Source of the DNA: the human T2T-CHM13v2.0 reference genome, Homo sapiens
NCBI RefSeq assembly: GCF_009914755.1
Contig: NC_060941.1
Strand: one strand, 5' to 3'
DNA length: 64,000 nt
This document shows positions 17,513 through 42,694 of this stretch, one piece after another (within the stretch, counting starts at the first letter, position 1; every line of letters begins with the position of its first letter). Both the position numbers and the translations under genes were made by a program. The notes under the pieces were generated by a model that ran no database searches, was not told where the DNA came from, and was given only the letters and a program-made list of their open reading frames with translations.

Positions 17513-17890
17513 GGGCCGGGGTCCACTCCCGTTTCCCCAAAGCAGACCCTGAGGCAAGAATCTGGGTGCAAGAGGTTTATTTGGGAGCCATCCCAGGAAG
17601 CCCAAGGCGGGGGAGTGGGGAAGAGAGGGAAGGGAGAGCCCCCGCAGGAAGTACATGAATGAGTGGGTTACTGCTGCGGGCAACTGGGACTCCATCCTGC
17701 TGGGCATCCTCTGAGAGTTTATGTAGAATACACTTCAGAATTGTCCTGCTCAAGGACAATGAAGCTGAGGTCCTGCTCCTTATTGACTCAGGGTTGCTGC
17801 TCCTGGGGACATTAACCCCCCAACACTTCTAGCTTGCCCAGTGCACTGACTGAGCACACAGCTGTGGCCACCAGAGAACCTCTTTGGGCT
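17513..17890 (-). mobile_element. ERVL-class LTR (LTR33-like)
   Basis: gcagaccctgaggcaagaatctgggtgcaagaggtttatttgggag...ttactgctgcgggcaactggga matches my recollection of the consensus; subfamily uncertain. Confidence 0.6.
17576..17581 (-). terminator. Probable GHDC poly(A) signal, inside an LTR
   Basis: First canonical AATAAA on the minus strand downstream of the GHDC stop. Confidence 0.6.
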
Positions 17891-18176
17891 GTGATACAGG
17901 AAACCATCGGTGTGCATGGTAACTCTCTAGCAGTGTCCTTCATGCCGGGACATGGGGACACGGGCAGGCACTGCTGGCATCTGCTAACCCCGGAGGCCCA
18001 TACTTCAGAACCGGTCAGCTGGGCCAAGGCCTCTCTAAGGCCCAGCGGCTCTCATGGGCAAATGTCAGGTGACACAGAGTCAGAGACCCTGGCCAAGGAC
18101 TCCCCATCCGGAGAGGTCCCAGAGGGAGGGGCGAGGTGGCCTCTGGGGGGAGCTGGGCGGTGGGGCAGGACTTGAC

Positions 18177-18395
18177 TCAGGACACCACCCTCTCCTGCAG
18201 ACACTGGGCCAGGTGCCTGTGCCGAAGGACCCGGGGCATCGCAGGGGGGAAGGGGGAGGAGGGGCAGGCAGCGAGGGCTGCCCGGAGTGCTCGGAAGGCT
18301 CCCTGCCCCACCAGGTGGACTCTGGCAGGGCCCACGCTGCCCCAGAACCGCAGGGACTTGTAGCGGGGAGAGGCTTCCTGAAGGCAGTGGTCCAG
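18177..18395 (-). CDS. GHDC: GHDC last coding exon
   Basis: 219 nt; LDHCLQEASPRYKSLRFWGSVGPARVHLV...MPRVLRHRHLAQCLQERVVS*. Confidence 0.93.
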   Translation of the reverse strand: MDHCLQEASPRYKSLRFWGSVGPARVHLVGQGAFRALRAALAACPSSPFPPAMPRVLRHRHLAQCLQERVVS

Positions 18396-18658
18396 CTGGG
18401 AACAGAACAGCCTGAGTGAGCTGGTGTGTGACTGTGAGTGTGCACACGAGGCGTGTGTGGCTGTGCCCAGGCTACATGTGTTTAGAAGTTTTGTGTGGAC
18501 AGGTGTGTGTCTGTGGGACTTAGCCCTCCCCTCCCAGAGCCCCAGGGAGCTTCTCCTCCGCCACCCCTCTCCTTCCCATCAGCCCTGATCTCCATGGCAC
18601 CCTGGGAGTGTGCAGAGTGAAGGGGTCTACAGTCAGACCCTGTCCTCGTCTCCTTTAC

Positions 18659-18744
18659 CTTGTCTCGATTTTCCTCTGACAGATTCCTCAGCCCCCTCAG
18701 CGCCACAAACACCTCGTAGTGGGGAGCAGAGCCCGCAGAGGAAT
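18659..18744 (-). CDS. GHDC: GHDC coding exon 7
   Basis: 86 nt; DSSAGSAPHYEVFVALRGLRNLSEENRDK. Confidence 0.92.
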
Positions 18745-19097
18745 CTGTGAATAGACCCCATGTGCACACATACTTCCGGTGAATGGGCAGCTGCCAAGTC
18801 TAGTGTCCTCTGCCCTATCTGTTCTTCCCCACTCTGAGATTCATAGGGAAAAAAGAGTTTCTTGGTGGGGAGTGGGGTAAATGGAGAGGAACCTAGAGCT
18901 TGATCCTAAATAGGAGACAGATCAGGAAAGAAAATGGGTAGAGACTGCAGCAGGATGGATGAGAGTTAGATGCAGAGAAGGACTTTTGTAGGAGTAGTAA
19001 AGGAGGCTTATCTCTTTCCTAGCAGTCCCCTGGCAGGGGAGGTAGGAGTTGAAGGGTAGCTCAAGGATGGTAGGCAGGAGCCGGTGGGGAGGCTCAC

Positions 19098-19231
19098 CCA
19101 GAATGCTGCTCTCCACACAGCCATGGTCCAGCAGCTTGGCCCCCGCCCACTGCCCCACTGCCCGGCCCAGGGCCTCAGAGAACAGGTCTTCACCAATATC
19201 TTCCCCTCGCACACTCAGGGTCTGGTCCAGC
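19098..19231 (-). CDS. GHDC: GHDC coding exon 6
   Basis: 134 nt; LDQTLSVRGEDIGEDLFSEALGRAV. Confidence 0.93.
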
Positions 19232-19305
19232 CTGAAGAGGAGGAAGGGAGAGGCAGTGGAGCCCAGGACACAAGGATGGCCCTTCAGCTCCCCGGGGTCA
19301 CCTAC

Positions 19306-19377
19306 CTGCAGATGAACCTGACGACTGGACACTGATTGTAGGCACCAACCACTCGCACCACATCACCCAGGCGGCAC
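19306..19377 (-). CDS. GHDC: GHDC coding exon 5
   Basis: 72 nt; CRLGDVVRVVGAYNQCPVVRFICR (GH3 motif III-like). Confidence 0.93.
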
Positions 19378-19491
19378 CTGATGGGGTGCAAGTGGGAGTG
19401 AGGTCGGGCCCAAGGTCTTCTGAGCTCATGCCCCAGGCCCCCAGCACGGTCCCATAGGGCCCCAGGTAGCAGGGGCTGTGCAGCTGATCAC

Positions 19492-19684
19492 CTGGTGAGG
19501 CTGGCGCGGTCCGTCAGCACCAGCTCATACTCCTTGCCCTGCTGGGCCTCGGCCAAAAGGAGGGTGGAGGCAGCTTCCTCCTGGGTGCCTTCCTTGACTG
19601 GGAGCAGCTCGATAAAGGGGGCCCCAGGGGGCAGAAGGTAGAGCCCATGGGGCTGCTCTGGCTGTAGGTTTAGGCCCAGCACCC
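19492..19684 (-). CDS. GHDC: GHDC coding exon 4
   Basis: 193 nt; VLGLNLQPEQPHGLYLLPPGAPFIELLP...GKEYELVLTDRASLTR. Confidence 0.93.
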
Positions 19685-19939
19685 CTGTGAAAGCAAAGCA
19701 GCCTCCTCAGCGTCTGCTGGTGCCATCGCTTTCTGCCAGGCAATAGCCCCTCCTGGATCCCAGGCCTGATCCTCTGAGCACCTGATCCTCCTGCTGCCCT
19801 TCCACCACATCCTTCCTGGCTCCCCCAGCCTCAGCGGGCTGCCTCTTAGGCCCTCACTGGAAAGAGGCAGAGTGCTGTGGTCCTGGAGGGGGCAGACTTG
19901 GGAGTGAATCCTGGTGCCACATGAATTTGTGCAAGACTC

Positions 19940-20534
<595 letters not shown>

Positions 20535-20714
20535 TACAAGACTCTTAACCTAGAGAGCCTGAATTTCTTCACTTGTAAAAGGAGGCTGCTGGCCCTAGCA
20601 TGCAGCTTGTTGGGGAGGATTAAATGAGATGATTATGTAGGGCCCAATGCATGGCTGCTTGTCATGTGACCACTGACCGTTGCCCCCACCTCACTGCCCT
20701 TGAGTCCCACTGAC

Positions 20715-21216
20715 CTCCCGAGGCAGCATAAGCAGGAGAGAAGAAGGCTAGTCCTTGGCACCACAAGGCCCCGAGGGCAGCCACAGCCTCGGCCTGGCCT
20801 CCTGCATCCAGAGTCACCACCACCTGCAGCTTTGGCCAGAGCCGAAGGGCCAGTCCCCGTGGCCCCTGCTCTAGGGCCTCCCGGAGCTCAGCTGCCCGTT
20901 CACGGAGAGGCGCTCCAGGGTTCCCGGCAGCTATCGCCCCAGCTAGCTCTTCACCATCAGTCTCCAGGCCCAAGAAAACATCCAGAAGTTCGACAGCCGT
21001 CCCAGCCTCCAGTGCCCTCAGCCCTGGGGACCTCAGTGCGTCCAGCAGCAGGGCCCTAGGGTCCTTGGTTCCAGGGGTGCCCACCTGGCCCAGGGTATTC
21101 CCAGGCCAAGGCAGGGGTCGGGGCCAAGGGGATGTAAGCGTCACACGGGCAGTGCGTCCCTGAGCCAGCACTTCTGGGTAGGCCTTGTTTAGGGCTGCCA
21201 GACCCAGCAAGGTGGC
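20715..21216 (-). CDS. GHDC: GHDC coding exon 3
   Basis: 502 nt; ATLLGLAALNKAY...LALRLWPKLQVVVT...FFSPAYAASG. Confidence 0.93.
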
Positions 21217-21379
21217 CTGGAGGAGGAAAGAGAGAATGTTGGTCTGGTGTCAGAGCCAGACCCAGAGCCCCCATTTGGGGGTTCTTTGCCCACCATGACT
21301 GGAGGGTTTGGCTGCAAGTCAGAGGTCTCTGGTGGGACTGGGCTGTGGCCAGGACTGGGCTCTGGCCATCCTAGATTAC

Positions 21380-21501
21380 CTGCAGAGAGGCCTCCCCAAG
21401 GTCCTGGTTTGAGGTCGGGGGCAGTGGCTGCTCTCCACTGTCTTCCTGCTGGGTCTGGCTGGCCTTGGTCAGAGGGAGATGATTCCGGAAGGTGCTTATG
21501 T
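21380..21501 (-). CDS. GHDC: GHDC coding exon 2
   Basis: 122 nt; DISTFRNHLPLTKASQTQQEDSGEQPLPPTSNQDLGEASLQ; phase consistent. Confidence 0.9.
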
Positions 21502-21790
21502 CTATAGCCCCAATGACAACAGAAACGCCTCAGGAAGCCAGTTTCCCAAGAGTTTCAGGCAAGACTGGTGAGACCCTTGAGGGAGGAACCGAGAATAGGC
21601 CTGGGGTAGAGAGGATGTAAGGACCCAGCATGGGAAATTCATCTTGGACAAGAAAGCCAGTCCTGGGTCTCTGGGTCAGGCCACTCCGTTGGCAGTGGAG
21701 GAGGTAAGGGGGCCATCAGGCTCTGGAATCTGACGGTCCTGTGGGGTTTCTTTCTCTTTGGGTCACCTCCCCAGACCCTGGGAAACACAC

Positions 21791-22055
21791 CTGTGCTCCT
21801 TCTGAGGGAACAGTGGGGGCGCTGGGCTCCCTGTAGACACCACCTCAGGGCCTGCTGCTGGCTCTGGTGCACATGGAGCGTGCTCTGCTCCAGCCTCCGC
21901 CGCTGCCAGGTGGCTGCCCAGACCAGGGCCCCCCATGCCACTCGGTGCTGGAGGCCAGCAAGCCAGGACAGCCTGGCATCCTGGGACCGCTGCTGCCTGA
22001 GCAGGGCCAATGTTGGCAGCAGCAGCAGCAGCAGCAGCAGTGGCCACAGCAGCAT
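21791..22055 (-). CDS. GHDC: GHDC first coding exon (signal peptide)
   Basis: 265 nt; [25 protein letters not shown]; acceptor at 22069-22070; the 8 exons sum to 1593 nt = 530 aa + stop. Confidence 0.94.
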
Positions 22056-22374
22056 CTCCAAGCAGCTCCTGGGAAGAGGAAGGAACCGAGATATGGGGGC
22101 ATGCAGCAATTATCCATTTCTCCTCCCACGCTCTACTGCATACAGGAAAACCGAGGAAAAATGAAATTGGGAAGAAGGCAGGACCCTGTGGGGCAGGTGA
22201 TGCAAAGGAGAGACTATCAAAGCTTTGGAGTCCCACTGACCTGAGTGCAGATCCTGCCTCTGCCGCTTGTTAGCTGTAGGGCCCTGAGCAATTTAGTGGG
22301 CTGCACTGAGCTCTGTTTCCTGATCTGCAAAATGGGAATAAGAATAAGAATGCCTCTTTCAGAAGGTAGGGGTG

Positions 22375-22670
22375 GGCCGGGTGAGGTGGCTATCATCTGT
22401 AATCCCAGCACTTTGGGAGGCTGAGGCAGGAGAATCACTTGAGCCCAGGAGTTTGCAACCGGCCTGAGCAACATAGGGAGACTCCATCTCTACAAAAAAT
22501 TGAAAAACTAGCCCAGCGTGGTGTCACACCCATAGTCGCAGCTACTTGGGAGGCTGAGATGGGAGGATCCCTTGAGCCCAGGATGTCAAGGCTACAGTGA
22601 GCCAAGATCGTGCCACTGCACCCCAGCTTGGGCAACAGAGTGAGACCCTGTCAAAAAAAAAAAGAAAAGA
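22375..22670 (+). mobile_element. AluJ-like element
   Basis: GGCCGGG start, A tail. Confidence 0.88.
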
Positions 22671-23236
22671 AAAAAAAGGGAGAAAAGAAGGAAGAGGAAG
22701 GGAAGGTACAGGAAGGGTTTCGGACAGGGTCGGTCGGGCACACAGCAGCTGCGTAACGATATCTCTTGCCCACTCCCGAGTGGCTTTGCTTTCTCTCGGG
22801 ATCCACCCTGTCCCAGCTCCTTGTCCCTCCTGAGCCCCAGGCTGTGGGGTCCATGCCCACATGCACCTGTCACAGCCCACTTCTGCCTACTCCTGGCACG
22901 TGACGGAGACCCCTGGGTGACTCTGGGTCTCAGCACACATCCGGCCAGAAAGAAGGAGCGATGGCTTTAAAAGGCTGGGCCCCAACTGGGAAATCCGGCC
23001 ACCAGGCCTGAGGGAGGAGCTGAAGGAGGGGGGTGCTCTTAAAGGGGCAGGTCGCCTACAGGACTTCATGTCGGGTGCTAGCCCAGGCTGGCAGTTGGGG
23101 CAGTTAGGACCAGACTAGCATGGTCCTCAAACTTGCGCAGGTGAAGGAACAGAAAGGTGTGTGTGGGAAAGAACGCCATTAAGCCACTTGAGCTGGGAGA
23201 GGGGCAAGCTTAAGAACTCTTAAAACCCCAACTCAG

Positions 23237-27416
<4,180 letters not shown>

Positions 27417-27659
27417 AGCTTTCTGGAGTCAGGAGGCTAGGAGACCATCATTCTTATTTTCAAAACATCATATGAGCAGGAAGGTATGAAAGGCCCCATC
27501 TGCCATCAGAGCTAATGACGTGCCCTCTGAGGCAGCCAACTCCCAACCACCCAACCAGTTCCCTTTTTCAGGGTCACGCTGATGACTTGAAACTTTTCCG
27601 TGTTCAAGCTGCCCTCCCTTGGCATGTGACAGAAAAAAGTAAAAACAGGACTCAATACC

Positions 27660-30002
27660 ATCCCTTCAGAGGAAGGCTTTATTGTAACATAAAATACACA
27701 ACTTTGTGACTGTAACTCTGCATAGGATATATTTCTTTTTTTTGAGGCAGAGTCAAATTTGAGGCCCCAAATTGTACACAATACTTTTTTTTGGTGGCTA
27801 AATAACTAATCTGCCTTGACACTAAAATATGTATCTGAAATAATTTCACCAAGTTTTAAAAAGAAAAATTATAAAAAGTATACTTTCATTTTAAGTTATA
27901 TTCGATTTTAGTCTCCCCCTACCCCCTAGAAAAAACCTGCACATCTCACACACGGAGCTGAAACTTTTGAGGACTTGTGTGTGTCTGGGAGTGGGTGAGA
28001 GGCTGATGGGGTCGAGACACACCACTACCTTTATCTTGTGGTTTGCAGGAACAAGGAGGAGAGAGAAGATAGAACGCAGAGAGCGAGCACACCTTTCATC
28101 AAAAATCTCCACTCTCTAGGCACAGCCTCGGTAACACCGAGGACAGCTCACAACTGGACAAGCAGGGAAACCCCAGCTCAGGGAAGCCACACTCATCAGC
28201 TCTCTTCCTCCCCAACCCAGTGCCAACTGCAAAGTGAGCCAGGACGGCCTGGCTGCTCTGTCCTCAGCAGGCCCTGGGGTGGGTCCACTCCCAACCTGAA
28301 AGTGTATCAAGTCTGACCCCCCAACCAGGGTTGCTGGAACAGAGAGCGAGGTCTCAGAGGCAGGTGCTGGTGAAGCATCTCTGGGAGACGGGCAGGGAGT
28401 GACTCTACGAGCCTGGATCCCTGAGCAGGCAGGCTCTCCTTCTCACCCTTCCCCGATGCACCCATCCTCATGGTTGGAATTTTCATCAAATCTTGAGGGG
28501 TAGGGAGGGGCTGAGTGGGATGCGGGTAGCCTGCTCCTCAGAGGCAGAGAGACTCTACTGCCTGGCATAGAAAAATAAATCAGTGTATGAAACCAAGCCA
28601 AGGCAAACGGCAGCTTTAAAAAAGTCATCTTCCAATAAATAATTTACTATAGAGGAATATTTTTAACGGCAAAACACTGATAAATTCAGAAGTTATTTTT
28701 GTAAAAAAAATATGTTTATTTACTCTCATGTATAAAAATAAGGTTTTTGGGGCCATCCTCTCCTGGGGGTGCCCATGCCCTTCTTTTGGAGAGGGGGCCG
28801 AGGGGTGACCTTTTAGGCCTTACCCGTAAGCTATTTTAATACACCTGCTCACCCCCCTCTTCCTCCACTACCTGCTGTAGCCCATTCCTTCCTTCTGGTG
28901 TAAAGCTACAGAAGAAGTCGTGGAACAAAATTATACCGAGGCTTTTTTTGTTTTGTTTTATACTTTTATCAAACTCCCCAGCAAACTTGCTGACTGCATT
29001 TCCACACATTACCAACACCTGCCAGGACTTCACAGCAGGGTGACCCGCTAAGCAAGCTGGCCTAGGTTCAGCCCACACTGCTGCTACCTACTCTTCAAGA
29101 CATTAGGTGTGAACAGAGAAGGGGAATGAGGTGACCTGGGTTTGAATGACCCAGGGCCCAATGCACAAGAGAGAATTTTGATGTCAAATTAGGGTGGCAA
29201 GGAGAAAACAAAAAAGATCCAACTTAGAAACAGAACCATGATTCAACATTTGCAAAAAGCATCATCAATAAGCCTGAAGAAGGCCACGGACTGTGCATCC
29301 GCTGGCTCAGAGAAAGGCTGGGCAGCCGGAACAGCAGCTTCCTGGGTAACCAGGCAACAATCTCAGCGCCTGGGAGTCAGGGCTGCGCACTCCACTCTGG
29401 CCAGAACACAAACGGCATTGGCACTGTAAGCTCTCAGTTACGTGGCCCTCTTTTCTCTCCTCTATTTCTCCAAACATATGTGCACACCCAGAGGAACTGA
29501 GTGGCAATTCCAGGGTGCGGGCGGGCAGGAGGGGAGAGAGGACAAAGAGAGAATAAGATGAGCTAAATGTTTTGTGAAAAGCCACCGCCCATCCGAAAGC
29601 TTGTGACTTCCCTTGCCCCAACAATCTTTGTAGGTTGCCCCTTTTCCCATTCCTACCCAAGAACACAGGGGTGGGGGAGAGGGAAGGCTCTCTTTGTCAA
29701 AAAGCAGTTATCTACATTTCAGAAGAAAAGCAGAGACAATCACGGTTATATATCAATTGCTTGGCAGACAGAGTGACGAAGACTCACTGGAGCACATGTG
29801 CTTTCTCCTCCCTTTGTCCTTCTCTTATTCAAACAGCCACATGTCAAAGTCCAGCCACTCTTAAGACACATGGCCAACTTCCAGGCTTCACGAAACTCAC
29901 TGCCTTTTTGCACAAAGTAAAAACCACCACAGCTTCTGTCTGTGGCCCCTCTGCTACAACTAAACTCTCAGACAGTGAGAGGGAGAAACACCATAACGTG
30001 CA

Positions 30003-30042
<40 letters not shown>

Positions 30043-30219
30043 TACTCGCACTCCCTTCGCTGGTGCCACCATGCACAGAAACACTAAGGTCACAACTAGT
30101 ATTAACACTTCACATTATGAGTATTGTTTCAAAAGAGAAGCGATTCATGGAATTAAAACATCCACAAGAGTGATTCCTCTGGTGAAGATGAAGAAGCTGA
30201 AGATGGAGAGGTCGCGGGG
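27660..30219 (-). other. STAT5B: STAT5B 3'UTR (~2.5 kb)
   Basis: Region between the stop codon and the distal AATAAA; AU-rich blocks and a (UG)14 tract. Confidence 0.8.
27678..27683 (-). terminator. STAT5B distal poly(A) signal AATAAA
   Basis: TTTATT on +, with an upstream UGUA (taca at 27696-27699); marks the end of an Alu-free stretch following the stop codon. Confidence 0.8.
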
Positions 30220-30441
<222 letters not shown>

Positions 30442-30820
30442 CTATGCCCTCAGCCTGGGGCTTCATGGGAAAAGAACAACCATTCAAACAGCTGGCTGTA
30501 CAGCAACTCAGACTGAAATACCCTCCCCTGTTACCTCTCACACCGGCTGTCCAGACACATCACAACTCCACTCAGTCCTTAGAGCAAGAAAAATCTCCAT
30601 ATTGAGAGAGGGGAACAGATGACATTTGCCCAACCCGACTCTAAACCACCAATCACTTCTGGTCAAATCTCTCCCTCCCAAAGGCCAGAGCCCGGGCCAG
30701 GGCTGTGTGGTCTCAGACCTAGAGGAGCTCTGGATTCCTTTGACCCCAGCCCTCCAGGGGTCCAGCCTGGGGCCAAGCCCCCAGTTCCTCCCCTGTGGAC
30801 CCCCACAAGAATGCCACCTA

Positions 30821-31234
<414 letters not shown>

Positions 31235-31238
31235 TTAC

Positions 31239-31290
31239 TCAGGGACCACTTGCTTGATCTGTGGCTTCACGTATCCATCAACAGCTTTAG
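31239..31290 (-). CDS. STAT5B: STAT5B exon 17 (Tyr699 codon at 31271-31273)
   Basis: 52 nt; AKAVDGYVKPQIKQVVPE. Confidence 0.97.
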
Positions 31291-31429
31291 CTGCCAAGGG
31301 AAGAATGTAGTAAATCAAAGTTCTCAAGTGAAACAAAAATGTGATCTTCCTTATGAATCACATCTTTTCTTAGGACAGAACACAACCACCTAACTTATCT
31401 AAGGATATGACACAAGCACTTAATATTTT

Positions 31430-35685
<4,256 letters not shown>

Positions 35686-35968
35686 TGAAAATTTTATAAT
35701 AAATATGTAATACTTCTAAACTCAGAAAGCAATAAAACCATCTCTGTCATGAAAAACAAAATTTTACCTAATTTTGTTTGATCTAAGCTTGTATTAAAAA
35801 GAATTTGTTTTCTTCAATTTGATATTTGGGGTTAGTGGTAGATGTGTTTTCTGTATGACTGAAGAATCCAGCCCAAGGTTTACATCTGCCCTGGAAAATG
35901 CTCAAACTGCTCTCACTGAATGGTAATTGTGTGGGTTTTCACACAAGAGAGATAACACACGCAGGTAT

Positions 35969-35969
<1 letters not shown>

Positions 35970-36005
<36 letters not shown>
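35970..36005. repeat. (CA)18, read as (UG)18 in the pre-mRNA, 33 nt into intron 16
   Basis: Direct count. Confidence 0.95.
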
Positions 36006-36006
<1 letters not shown>

Positions 36007-36014
36007 CAAAATCA

Positions 36015-36236
<222 letters not shown>

Positions 36237-36351
36237 CTAAACATGATTTCTGAATTAGGAAATCTTAAAACCCCAACATACTATAAATTCAAGCTTGCCA
36301 TTATAATGGCTCCAATAGAAATCTCCATTTAAAAATAACCATGGGTTATAG

Positions 36352-38200
<1,849 letters not shown>

Positions 38201-38525
38201 AACTAACATCTTGGGTAGAAATGGTTGATGGCAATATCCATATGTTAATTAGGATAAAGGAATATTTTTACTACTGTAAGAACTCCAAATCATCAAATTC
38301 TTCACTGAAATAAGCTTTATGCAGAGTAGTACAATAAGGCAAACATTTTAAGAGGGAAGCAACTGAGATTCTGCACGGACTCTTGTATCATAGGTAGCCA
38401 TGTCATGGTTAAATGTTCATGTGTAACCATGCTGCCATATACTTTCATGTATAACCAAATTAGCAATTGTGTTTCCCATAATAGTATTTTTCATAGGCTG
38501 CCTTATTATGAGTATGTCATGGCTA

Positions 38526-38786
<261 letters not shown>

Positions 38787-38881
38787 TCACCAAGGACAAA
38801 GGACAGAAGCAGAGTGTGACTTACGATGCCAGAGAGAAGACCTTCAGACTCTGTCGGCGCCTTAAGAAATAATGATTCTCA

Positions 38882-39055
<174 letters not shown>

Positions 39056-39399
39056 TTAAATGGGAAACAAACATCTACCCTTGTCAGAGGCATACAAATA
39101 TCCCCGCCTACCTGAGTTTTACCTAATGGCCCCATGGAGAGGAAAAGAGGGAAGAAGGGGAAAATACCAAACTGCAGTTACCAGCACCCAGTGGGCTCCT
39201 GCTACAGACACTTTCACCTGGGACTGGGCTGACCCGTCCCTTGCTAGTTTCGATGTGTGGTCTGTGACCAGAAGCATCAGTGTCACCTGGGAGCTTCTGA
39301 GAAATGCACGTTGTTAGGCTCCAAATTAAACATTTAAAACACCTTGGGGGTGGGGGGTGTAGGAAAAGAAACAAAAATTAAATTCAAATCAAGGTGATA

Positions 39400-40030
<631 letters not shown>

Positions 40031-40463
40031 TTAGCAGATGCTAGAGGAGGAGTTTCTTTCATCAGCATCCCTCTTTGTGGGTTGAGGGTCCCATAGGAGC
40101 CTGATCTGGCATTACACATGGGGAACATAAGAGAGTAAAGGGGAGAGAGGCCCAGAGTTCGCATCCCCTCAAAAGCTTTGCTTCTCATGAGCTATGTTAA
40201 CATCTGCTTTGCTCTATTTCCTTTACAAAGGAAGAAAATGCATTAACTGTAGACAAAGGTCAACTTATTTAAAATATGCAAAGATGTAATTTTCTACACG
40301 TGACCTGGGTAACTCTCAAGTTGTCCATCTAGTCAGAAGCTTCTATTACTTTCGGTACATTTTATTAGAGACATGAAGAATAAGGGCCCAGGGCAGGGAG
40401 ACTCCTGAGAGCATCTGGTTGGGAAGGACTGATCTAACAGCGGCTGGCAGCTGGGCTCCTCAC

Positions 40464-40670
40464 CCTGTTGAACTGGGACCAGGACACAGACAGGCCACTG
40501 TAGTCCTCCAGGTGGCTGCTGCTGTTGTTGAACAGTTTCTGCGCCAGGAACACGAGGTTCTCCTTGGTCAGGCCCCGGTTGCTCTGCACTTCGGCCTTGA
40601 ATTTCATGTTGAGCGCCTCACACAGCTGTGGCCACAGCACTTTGTCAGGCACGGCAAATGGCACCCTGCC
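40464..40670 (-). CDS. STAT5B: STAT5B exon 13 (linker)
   Basis: 207 nt; [29 protein letters not shown]...SVSWSQFNR. Confidence 0.97.
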
Positions 40671-41893
40671 CTGAGAGGGAGAGAGGCCAGAATCTGATGA
40701 GAAAACAGTTGCATGATTTATTCCCTCAAGCCACAAAAGAAAAACGCTGATGGCTGGGAGTGGTTACACACATTTGTCTTGCAGGGCCTGAGGATAAATT
40801 CAGACTCTGCTGGGGTACACGGTTCTGTGAAATTCAGAAGGTTCCGTTTCACCTTCTTTACACACAACTAGAAGGTAACCCATGCTATCCATGCTGTTTT
40901 GTAAATGAGCTGCTGAACTAACAGTCAAATCCTATGTTCTAACGGCCACAAACCAAAACATAACCAAGGTCTGGCTCTTAGATTGTAAACACCTTGGGAA
41001 TTTAGAAATCTGAAAGACTGGTCCTCTAGGTACAAACAGAGAGAGTGTGCGTATGTGTGCACACGTGTCGGCATGTGTGTACACACGTGGAATCATTGCC
41101 CTCGACTCCTTCTGCCAAGAATTCTAGCTCAAAGTAAAACAACTTGGTATGGAAGAGTGGAAATTTTGAGTTGGATGGCTTTATTGAGAAATAGGTTAGA
41201 AGATTAACTTTTAATAAACTGCTTTTCAACCCGTTCAGCCATAGTACTCCATTTTATTTTGTTACAAACACTTTTTTCAATAGGTGATTTTCACATGATT
41301 TAAAATTCAAAAAGCACAGACGGCTACACAGTGAAGTCACTCCCTATCCCTGTCTCCCAGCAACCCAGTTCTTTTCTTTAAAGGCACCTAACACAGTTTC
41401 TTGTGTATCCCACCAAAGATATTCTATGCATGCCAGCAATGACATATACCTTTTCCTTTTCTTCACAAATGACAGCACAAAATCCACATGTTCTGCATCT
41501 TCCTCTTTTCACTTAATCCTCTATCTGGGAGACCTCCCATCAGCACATAAAGAAATTTCACCAGACCCCCATAGATGGGCATCAGTGTTACAGCCTCATC
41601 TTTAGCTATTACTAACAATGCTGCAATGTTCTTATGTTATTTGACCCACAGGACACATAGGCAAATATATATGGAGAATAAATTTCCACAATTATTTTTT
41701 TTTTTAGGTAAGGTCTCGCTCTGTCATCCAGGCTGGAGTACAGTGGCCCAATCTTGGCTCATTGCAACTTCTGCCTCCTTAGCTCAAGTAATTATCCTAC
41801 CTCAGCCTCCCAAACAGCTGGGACTACAGGCGTGCACCACCATGCCTGGCTAATTTGTGTGTTTTTTGTAGAGACAGGGTTTTGCTATGTTGA

Positions 41894-42694
<801 letters not shown>

